Under the pieces are notes generated by a model that searched no databases, was not told the origin of the DNA, and was given only the letters and a program-made list of their open reading frames with translations. From positions 1-27,511 of the forward strand of contig JAGLDW010000576.1 in NCBI GenBank assembly GCA_023145395.1: 27,511 nucleotides of DNA. The letters run 5' to 3'. The DNA comes from Lentisphaeria bacterium (lineage in GTDB: Bacteria > Verrucomicrobiota > Lentisphaeria > Oligosphaerales > Lenti-02). Shown here piece after piece: positions 7,555 through 14,923 of this stretch. Each line of letters begins with the position of its first letter. Within the stretch, counting starts at the first letter, position 1. The position numbers and the translations under genes are program-made.

Positions 7555-8574
7555 ATGGCCACTATCGCCGTTGACGCTATGGGTGGTGACTTCGCTCCTC
7601 GAGCAGTGGTCGAGGGAGCGGCGGAATCGCTGGATCTTCTTGAGGGAGATTTCGACATTCTGCTCGTCGGCGCCGAGGAGCAGGTGCGGGACGAGCTTGA
7701 GCGTGTCGGCAAAGCTGGATCCGCAAGGATCCGCGTGGTTGACGCCTCCGAGTCCATTGGGATGGGCGAGTCGCCGGCTTCTGCCGTTCGTTCGAAGAAG
7801 AAGGCCTCCATCAACGTCGCCGTCGATCTGGTGAAGGGGGGAGAGGCGAATGCAGTCGTCAGCGCCGGAAACACGGGGGCGGCTGTTGCGGCTTCGGTCC
7901 TCAAGCTGCGAGTTCTCCCCGGTGTGGAACGTCCAGGTATCGCTACGGTTTTTCCCTCCCCAAATGGCCATTTCGTCCTGCTTGACGTAGGTTCGAATAT
8001 CGACTGCAAGCCCAGTCACCTTGTCCAATACGCGATCATGGGGGATATCTACGAGCGGGAGGTGCTAGGCACTGAGAACCCGCGGATCGGGTTGCTGAAC
8101 ATCGGGGACGAGACCGGCAAGGGAAACGAGCTCACCAGGGAAGCCTTCGCTCTGCTGGACAAGGTGCGTGGCATCAACTTCATCGGCAATGTGGAGGGGC
8201 ACGATCTTTTTGGGGGAGGGGTGGATGTTGTCGTGTGCGATGGTTTTGTCGGCAATGTCGTGCTCAAGGCGAGTGAGAGTCTAGCCCATGCCATTCAAGA
8301 AATTCTGAAACGGAATCTATTCAAGAACCCCCTGCGGGTTCTTGGCGCCTTCCTTTCGCGCAACGCGTATCGAGAGCTGAAGCAGGCGTGTGATTCTGCC
8401 GAATTTGGGGGGGTTCCTCTTCTAGGCATCAACGGTGTCTGCATCATTGGGCATGGCGCCTCGGGACCAAAGGCGATCCGGAATGGAATCCGCGTGGCGC
8501 TTGAATGCATAGACCATTGTGTGAACGAGCACATTGTCGAAGCGCTCTCCAAGCATGGTACGGACACGAACTAA
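7555..8574 (+). CDS. plsX: Phosphate acyltransferase PlsX
   Basis: Motifs IAVDAMGGDFAP, SAGNTGA, ERPGI, LLNIGDE.GKG, VCDGFVGN..LK and HG.S. Confidence 0.98.
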   Translation: MATIAVDAMGGDFAPRAVVEGAAESLDLLEGDFDILLVGAEEQVRDELERVGKAGSARIRVVDASESIGMGESPASAVRSKKKASINVAVDLVKGGEANAVVSAGNTGAAVAASVLKLRVLPGVERPGIATVFPSPNGHFVLLDVGSNIDCKPSHLVQYAIMGDIYEREVLGTENPRIGLLNIGDETGKGNELTREAFALLDKVRGINFIGNVEGHDLFGGGVDVVVCDGFVGNVVLKASESLAHAIQEILKRNLFKNPLRVLGAFLSRNAYRELKQACDSAEFGGVPLLGINGVCIIGHGASGPKAIRNGIRVALECIDHCVNEHIVEALSKHGTDTN

Positions 8575-8654
8575 CACGTTCGTGCAAGGTCTGTTTCCCG
8601 GCGCCATGGTATGCGGGCGCCTATTCTGTAGAACCACGCAACGCCTTGGGCGCG

Positions 8655-8670
8655 GGCCGCAGCTGCGGCC
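8655..8670. repeat. Perfect 16-bp palindrome GGCCGCAGCTGCGGCC
   Basis: Read directly in the plsX-fabD spacer. Confidence 0.8.
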
Positions 8671-8700
8671 ACGTCATACCAGAAGAAGGGACCCTGGAAA

Positions 8701-9630
8701 ATGACTGCACGCATCGCACTTCTCTTTGCCGGGCAAGGAGCTCAGAGCCCTGGCATGGGTAAGGATCTGTACGAGAAGTCGCCGGCGGCCCGCCGATGTT
8801 TCGACATGGCTGACGAGATCCTTGGTCGTTCCATCACCGGGCTCTGCTTCGAGGCACCCGCCGCTGAACTGACGGCCTCCGCCAACTGTCAGCCCGCCAT
8901 TTTCACCTTTTCACTAGCGTGCCTCGCTGCCTTGCAGGAGCGAGTCCCCTTCACACCCCTTGTCGCGGGGGGACTCAGCCTGGGCGAGATAACAGCATTG
9001 GTCGCCGTCGAGGCGCTTCCCTTCGAGCGTGGGTTGAGGCTGGTGGCTGCGCGAGGGCAACTCATGGACGAGGCCTGTAGAAGCACAGACGGCGCCATGG
9101 CTGCCGTCATCAAGGCCGACGAAGCTGTGTTGACCAAGGTTTGTGCGGAGCATGACATCGATATTGCCAATCGCAACTGCCCGGGACAAATCGTGATTAG
9201 TGGTGAGAGAGCGCGAGTGGTGGCGGCGGTCGAAACGCTGAAGGCTCTGGAGGTGCGTGTGATCATGCTCCAGGTCGCCGGCGCATTCCACTCCCGGCTG
9301 ATGAGTCCTGCCGCCGTCGCTTTTCGTGCTAGTGTCGATGCCTCTGGCTTGTGCAGCCCATCCCTTCCGTTCGTGCAGAATGTGCCTGGAGGCGAGGTGG
9401 GCGACCCAGGCGAAATTGCCTCGAATCTCGTGGCCCAGGTCAAGGGCACTGTTCGCTGGGAGGAGTGCATGCGCTGCATGGTGGCTGAGAGGAAGATCGA
9501 CACGGCCATCGAGCTTGGTCCGGGAAATGTTTTGAGTGGGCTGATGAAGCGGACGGATCGTGCTGTCGCCACACTCGGAACATCGTGTCTTGCCGAGATG
9601 GAGAAGACCATCGAGGCGATGGAAAGCTGA
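8701..9630 (+). CDS. fabD: Malonyl-CoA:ACP transacylase
   Basis: Motifs FAGQGAQ, catalytic GLSLGE, R in RGQLM, N.PGQIV.SG, AFHS and ELGPG.VL.GL. Confidence 0.97.
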   Translation: MTARIALLFAGQGAQSPGMGKDLYEKSPAARRCFDMADEILGRSITGLCFEAPAAELTASANCQPAIFTFSLACLAALQERVPFTPLVAGGLSLGEITALVAVEALPFERGLRLVAARGQLMDEACRSTDGAMAAVIKADEAVLTKVCAEHDIDIANRNCPGQIVISGERARVVAAVETLKALEVRVIMLQVAGAFHSRLMSPAAVAFRASVDASGLCSPSLPFVQNVPGGEVGDPGEIASNLVAQVKGTVRWEECMRCMVAERKIDTAIELGPGNVLSGLMKRTDRAVATLGTSCLAEMEKTIEAMES

Positions 9631-9681
9631 GAGTACGCCGTCTCCCCCACTTTGGCATCTTGGCAAACGCATTTCATTCGT

Positions 9682-9709
9682 TTGAAATGGGTCTTTGCCG
9701 CGATATACT
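9682..9709 (+). promoter_or_regulatory. Candidate sigma70-type promoter for acpP
   Basis: TTGAAA (9682-9687), 16-nt spacer, TATACT (9704-9709); each hexamer matches consensus at 5 of 6 positions. Confidence 0.55.
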
Positions 9710-9877
9710 GTTGTGCTTGTTGTAGGTGCGGGTGCTGTATCCTCAAGTGGGGAGCCCATACCTGAGAAGTCGAGAATGCAGTGGAAACGGAGATACGGGG
9801 TGGCCTTCAAATCTGGCTCCGTTTCGAATTGTCTTCCACCAGCATCTCTGTGTAATGCTAGAAACAGGAGGTGAAGC

Positions 9878-10114
9878 ATGTCGTCACCTGCAGAACGCGT
9901 GCGTGAGATCATCGTTGAGCAGCTCGGTGTGAACCCGGAGCAGTTGAGCCCCGAGGCGAAATTCGTCGAGGATCTCGGCGCAGACTCGCTTGACACCGTG
10001 GAACTTGTCATGGCTCTTGAGGAAGAGTTTGGCACGGAAATCCCCGATGAAGACGCGGAGAAGCTGACCACTGTGGGTGAGGCTATCTCCTATGTGGAGA
10101 AGTTGGCGGGCTAG
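9878..10114 (+). CDS. acpP: Acyl carrier protein
   Basis: [21 protein letters not shown] with the phosphopantetheine Ser; strong SD AGGAGGT. Confidence 0.99.
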   Translation: MSSPAERVREIIVEQLGVNPEQLSPEAKFVEDLGADSLDTVELVMALEEEFGTEIPDEDAEKLTTVGEAISYVEKLAG

Positions 10115-10136
10115 CAGTCCTCCTTCTTGATTCTAT

Positions 10137-10182
10137 CCGAGGCCACACCCCGCACTGTTGGGAGTGTGGCCTTGGTTTTGTT
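10137..10182 (+). terminator. Intrinsic terminator after acpP
   Basis: CCGAGGCCACAC pairs with GTGTGGCCTTGG (12 bp, one G-U), extended by CCC/GGG, and is followed by TTTTGTT. Confidence 0.75.
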
Positions 10183-10238
10183 CGACCTTTATACGGTGCT
10201 TGGATAGTGCAGGCATACTATGAATTTGGGAGAAAGGC

Positions 10239-11483
10239 ATGTTCGGAGCAAGACGTGTGGTGGTGACGGGCATCGGTGCCATATCGTGCGTTGGAAACGA
10301 TGTGGCCTCGAGTTGGCGGAACCTTCTAGCCGGCCGTTCTGGCATTGGCCCGATCACGCGGTTTGACGCGTCCTCGTTTCGCTGTCAAATCGGTGGAGAG
10401 GTCCGCGACTTCGATATTGAGCAGTACGTCACCCCCAAAGAGGCGCGGCGGATGGATCCTTTCTGCCACCTTGCCATTGGCGCGGCGGAGGAGGCTGTTG
10501 TGCAGTCTGGACTCAAGGAGGCTCCGATCCGTCCGGAACGGGTTGGCGTGGTCGTCTCTTCCGGGATCGGTGGTCTCGACACCACGGTGGAGCAGGTTGG
10601 CATCCTGCATGCGCGCGGGCCTGGGCGCGTTTCTCCCCTGACCATCCCCATGCTGATTTCGGATATAGCCTCCGGTCTTCTCTCGATCCGCTTCGGTTTC
10701 TCTGGACCAAATCTCTGCATTGTTACCGCTTGCGCGTCGGGTGCTCACTCAATCGGGGAAGCAGCCTGGATGATCGCCCGCGGCGATGCGGATGTCATGC
10801 TGGCTGGAGGGGCGGAGCGTGGTGTGAACCCACTCGGAGTTTCGGCTTTCGGATCCATGCGGGCGCTCAGCAACAGAAACGACGACCCACAGGCTGCGAG
10901 CCGCCCCTTCGAACGAGATAGGGACGGGTTCGTTCCAGCGGAGGGTGCCGGTGTACTTGTTCTTGAGGACTACGAACACGCCGTGGCCCGCGGCGCGGAG
11001 ATTCTGGCCGAACTGGCAGGATATGGGCTTAGTGGCGACGCCTACCATATCACAGCGCCTGACCCGTCGGGTTCCGGTGCGATTCGGGCGATCTCCCGAG
11101 CTCTGGAGCTGGGGCAGATCAACCGAAATGAAGTGGGATACGTGAACGCCCATGGCACTTCGACCTCGTTGAACGACTCGACCGAGACCGCAGCGTTGAA
11201 ACAGGTCTTTGGCGAGGGCGCCTACGCGTTGCCCGTCAGCAGCACCAAGTCCATGATGGGGCACACGCTAGGCGCGGCGGGAGCGCTGGAGGCGGTCGTG
11301 TGTGTGCAGGCATTGCGGACTGGAAGCGTCCCTCCCACCATCAACTATGAGACGCCCGATCCGGATTGCGATCTCGACTATGTCCCCAATGAAGCGCGGG
11401 ATGTCAATGCCGAATACGCCCTCAGCCTGAATCTTGGGTTTGGCGGGCACAACGCGGCTCTGCTTTTCAAAAAGTCCATCTGA
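10239..11483 (+). CDS. fabF: 3-oxoacyl-ACP synthase II
   Basis: Motifs VVVTGIG, TACASG (catalytic Cys), HGTST, GHTLGAAG and GFGGHN. Confidence 0.98.
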   Translation: MFGARRVVVTGIGAISCVGNDVASSWRNLLAGRSGIGPITRFDASSFRCQIGGEVRDFDIEQYVTPKEARRMDPFCHLAIGAAEEAVVQSGLKEAPIRPERVGVVVSSGIGGLDTTVEQVGILHARGPGRVSPLTIPMLISDIASGLLSIRFGFSGPNLCIVTACASGAHSIGEAAWMIARGDADVMLAGGAERGVNPLGVSAFGSMRALSNRNDDPQAASRPFERDRDGFVPAEGAGVLVLEDYEHAVARGAEILAELAGYGLSGDAYHITAPDPSGSGAIRAISRALELGQINRNEVGYVNAHGTSTSLNDSTETAALKQVFGEGAYALPVSSTKSMMGHTLGAAGALEAVVCVQALRTGSVPPTINYETPDPDCDLDYVPNEARDVNAEYALSLNLGFGGHNAALLFKKSI

Positions 11484-11565
11484 GGCTTGCCCCCTCGATG
11501 TGACACCGGTACCTTGTATTGCGGTTTGATCGAGTTTGGCTAGCAATCTACGGAGGCGGACGGAA

Positions 11566-11886
11566 ATGAAGCATGTTGTGATTCTGTTTCTGTGCAGTTT
11601 GGCACTTGTTCTTGCTGTATCTGGTTGCGCGAGCCCCAAATTGGTTTCTAGGGCGATGACGCCGCATGAACTCGAGTGGAGCCTCGACATTAGTGCTAGC
11701 TATCCAGCCTGGCGCCCTCCCTTCCTGTCTCCGGTGGAACCGATCGGCGAGAGGGGAGAAGTTCGCCCTCTTGTCGCCCGCCCAGCAGTCCCTGCTCCAG
11801 CAGGCCTAGGGCTCGACGTCTCTACCTCCGACGAGGTGTTGCGTGACGACGCCGTCGAGTTTGTTCCTGCTGAAGACGGCAAATGA
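11566..11886 (+). CDS. Hypothetical lipoprotein, 106 aa
   Basis: SD GGAGG; signal MKHVVILFLCSLALVLAVSG-C with lipobox V-S-G-C; Pro-rich mature region. Confidence 0.8.
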   Translation: MKHVVILFLCSLALVLAVSGCASPKLVSRAMTPHELEWSLDISASYPAWRPPFLSPVEPIGERGEVRPLVARPAVPAPAGLGLDVSTSDEVLRDDAVEFVPAEDGK

Positions 11887-12045
11887 ACTCCAAAACCGAC
11901 GAATCGGCGGGGGGTGCCGACACAGGATCCTGCGAGAACGCCGATGCTCATGCTGGTTTATCCAGTAGGCTTGGCGCGGAGTTTTTTCTGGTGCGTGCCC
12001 ACTTGGTGTCACTCGTTCTGGCTCGGCTAGAGGGGAGGAGCCGTC

Positions 12046-14481
12046 ATGGCATGGTTCCCTGATCTCCGAAGACGAAGCGCCCGAGGGAAATCAGCACGGA
12101 AGATCCGCAAGCCGATGGGCAGAGGGCGTCTCCCGGACCGGCTGACGGAGGTGAGTCAGAACAGGATTCTTTCTCACGACTTTGTGGCGTTCGCCGTAGT
12201 CGCTCTTGTTTGGTTGTGTGCCACTTTGAGCGTTACGTTCCGCCGCCCGGCCCCTCCAATTCACTATGTAGATGGGCAACGGGCCGACCGTTTCATCTAC
12301 AGCGAGGTGAAGTTCCAGTACCGCGACAGCGCCAAGACTGCAAAACGAAGAGAACAGGCGCTGCGCGGCGAGCCGCCGATCTACCGTATCAGCGACATCG
12401 CGATTCAATCGACGAGCGTGGGAACCATGGAGCTGGCCGAGGCTCTCGGAGGCGCTGGAAACGAGGTTGATGTGGGGGAGGAGCTGGACGAGGTAACGCG
12501 ATCGGCGCGGACGGTCCGGATTCTGAATAGTCTGAGCCCGGAGCAACTTGTCTCGTTGAGGAAGCTTTTTGGCAGCAACGATTGCCGGAAGTGCTTGCTG
12601 AGACTGTTGCGCGACAAATTGGAGCGAGGGGTTGCCGAACGGTCTGAACTGGCCGCGTTGCGCGTGGATTCGTCTTTGGACCTTGTTTCTGTCCTCACGA
12701 CCTCGCCCGACGGAGGTGCTGCGCGTGTCTCAAAGGTCTTGGTCAACGAGCTTGAGGCACCCGAGGAGGCCTCGAACTCCATCATTTCCGAGTATCTTGC
12801 CCGGTTTCCCGAGGACAAAGGCGCGACGAGATCCGCTCTCACCGTGTTCTTGGCCGAACTTCTGCTTCCGAGCCTGGTGTACGACAGTGAGGCCACAGAC
12901 AGAGCCAGGGCCGCTGCAGCGGAGGCCATTGGCGATGTGTACACGACCATTCCCGTGAACGCCGCACTTCTCGTTCCTGGGCAATCCATCACACCCGAGG
13001 ACATTGTGCGTCTTGAGAAGCACCAGGAGGCACTTTTCTGCCGCCCGAGCAACCAGTCCATTCTTGCGTCCCGCATCGTGGAGCCCATACTGTGTCTGCT
13101 GCTGGTCGTGGCCGTTGCCTATTGCCTGTGCCGATTCCGTGAAGCTTCGTGTCAGAACCGTAGCGAGATGATTCTGTTTGGTCTAGTCGCCATCCTGCAG
13201 CTTGTCCTGCTGCGGACGGTCACGAATCTGTACTCGTTGAAATCCGGGTCATCGTTTTTCCTGTTCTCCTTGCTTCCACTGTCGTTTGCGGGTGCTGTTC
13301 TGTCTCCGCTGGTGGGGATGAGGGCCGCCATCTGCGTGTCTGGTTTTACCGCTCTGGTCGGTGCTTTGCAGCAGAATCCCGCGCAGGCATTCGAGCTTCT
13401 ACTCCTCGGCTTGACCTCGTCTCTAGTCGCCATCTCTCAGATGCGCCGTGTGACCAAGCGGGCGCAAGCGTTGCGGGCGGGATTCCTGATCAGTCTGTCC
13501 GTGTTTGCTCTCGAACTTCTGTTCTTGATGAAGCGTGATCTGTCGGCGGCGGTTGCAGGGCGTGTCGTGGCGACATTCGCGGTGCACGCTCTGGTGAATG
13601 GGATGGGTGTCGCACTAGCCGTCTACACGGTGTTGCCGCTTTTGGAGTACTGGTTTGGCATGGTGACTCAGCAGTCGCTGCTGGAGTTGAGTGATCTGAA
13701 TCATCCTCTTCTAAAGCGTTTGCAGTTGGAGGCGCCGGGCACGTTTCACCATTGCCATTTGGTTGCGACGTTGGCGGATCATGCGGCGGAGTCCATCGGC
13801 GCCAATGGACTTCTGGCACGCGTCTGCGCCTATTTTCACGATATTGGAAAGCTGGCCCATCCCGAGTATTTCATCGAAAACAGTCATGGGGAGAATCCAC
13901 ACGACGATTTGCAGCCACGCCTGAGCAGTCTGGTCATCCTCAATCATGTGAAGGAGGGGATGGTGCTCGCAGGGCAGTACAAACTCAAGCCGGTGATTCG
14001 AGAGGCCATTAGCCAGCATCACGGGACCTCGCTGGTGGGCTTCTTCTACCACAAGGCGATGAAGCAGATGAAACAGTCGAACGAGAATGGGCAGACCCTG
14101 GAGCAGGAGTACCGGTATCCGGGCCCGCGCCCTGTTCGCAAGGAAATTGCGCTTGTGGGCCTGGCTGATGCCTGCGAAGCGGGTGTGCGTTCTCTTGAAA
14201 AGCCGACTGCGGGAAAGATACGCTCGCTGGTCCATGACATTGTGCTTGGGCGCGTGCGCGATCATCAGCTTGACAAGGCCGATCTGACGTTTGCGGAGCT
14301 ATCTCAAGCCGAGGAGTCGTTGGTAAGCACGCTCAGCATGATGTTCCATGGACGGGTGAAGTATCCGAAGGAGTACGAGGATGAGGCTCGTGTTGGCCAA
14401 ACAGCGAAGAAGGCCAGCCCTGAAGAGCAGACGCGCGCTGGAGAAAGCGCTGTGTCTGGCGATGGGAATGACGGACGTTGA
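12046..14481 (+). CDS. 7TM-HD family phosphohydrolase (PgpH/YqfF-like cyclic di-AMP phosphodiesterase)
   Basis: One N-terminal TM, a large extracytoplasmic domain and multiple TM helices, then LLELSDLNHPLL..L..EAPGTFHH, HDIGK, HV.EG, QHHGT, YRYPGP.P, LAD..EA and RVKYP. SD GGAGGAG. Confidence 0.93.
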   Translation: MAWFPDLRRRSARGKSARKIRKPMGRGRLPDRLTEVSQNRILSHDFVAFAVVALVWLCATLSVTFRRPAPPIHYVDGQRADRFIYSEVKFQYRDSAKTAKRREQALRGEPPIYRISDIAIQSTSVGTMELAEALGGAGNEVDVGEELDEVTRSARTVRILNSLSPEQLVSLRKLFGSNDCRKCLLRLLRDKLERGVAERSELAALRVDSSLDLVSVLTTSPDGGAARVSKVLVNELEAPEEASNSIISEYLARFPEDKGATRSALTVFLAELLLPSLVYDSEATDRARAAAAEAIGDVYTTIPVNAALLVPGQSITPEDIVRLEKHQEALFCRPSNQSILASRIVEPILCLLLVVAVAYCLCRFREASCQNRSEMILFGLVAILQLVLLRTVTNLYSLKSGSSFFLFSLLPLSFAGAVLSPLVGMRAAICVSGFTALVGALQQNPAQAFELLLLGLTSSLVAISQMRRVTKRAQALRAGFLISLSVFALELLFLMKRDLSAAVAGRVVATFAVHALVNGMGVALAVYTVLPLLEYWFGMVTQQSLLELSDLNHPLLKRLQLEAPGTFHHCHLVATLADHAAESIGANGLLARVCAYFHDIGKLAHPEYFIENSHGENPHDDLQPRLSSLVILNHVKEGMVLAGQYKLKPVIREAISQHHGTSLVGFFYHKAMKQMKQSNENGQTLEQEYRYPGPRPVRKEIALVGLADACEAGVRSLEKPTAGKIRSLVHDIVLGRVRDHQLDKADLTFAELSQAEESLVSTLSMMFHGRVKYPKEYEDEARVGQTAKKASPEEQTRAGESAVSGDGNDGR

Positions 14482-14866
14482 TGCTCTGGCGGATGTGCCG
14501 TCCAAAGCAGAACTGCACGTGATCATTGTCGGTGAGGCGGCGATCACGCGCATGAACAAGTGCTTTCTCGGCCATGATGGACCGACTGATGTGATCGCTT
14601 TCGGACTTGGTGGAGACGAACCGAATCCGGCAGGTGGAGCATATGTGGTCGGGGAAGTGTATGTGTGTCTTGATGTTGCCGTGCAGTGTGCTCCGGCGCA
14701 CTGCCAGAGCGTGGGAGCTGAGCTACTGCTGTATTGTATGCATGGCATGCTGCATTTGACGGGAATGGACGACCATACGCCAGATGGCAGGAACACGATG
14801 AGGTGTGCCGAGGCTAGGATCACAAAAGCGATTCGCGGACTGATTGATGTGGATAATCTGTTTTGA
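14381..14866 (+). CDS. ybeY: rRNA maturation endoribonuclease YbeY
   Basis: Motifs MN..FLGHDGPTDVIAF, GEVYV and HGMLHLTGMDDH. SD AAGGAG 7 nt upstream of ATG 14381. Alternative starts are 14462 and 14468. Confidence 0.92.
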   Translation: MRLVLAKQRRRPALKSRRALEKALCLAMGMTDVDALADVPSKAELHVIIVGEAAITRMNKCFLGHDGPTDVIAFGLGGDEPNPAGGAYVVGEVYVCLDVAVQCAPAHCQSVGAELLLYCMHGMLHLTGMDDHTPDGRNTMRCAEARITKAIRGLIDVDNLF

Positions 14867-14923
14867 GCATCCGTTTGGGTCGGTTGCTCAGTGTGTGATT
14901 GACTCAGAGAGTGGAAAAGGAAG

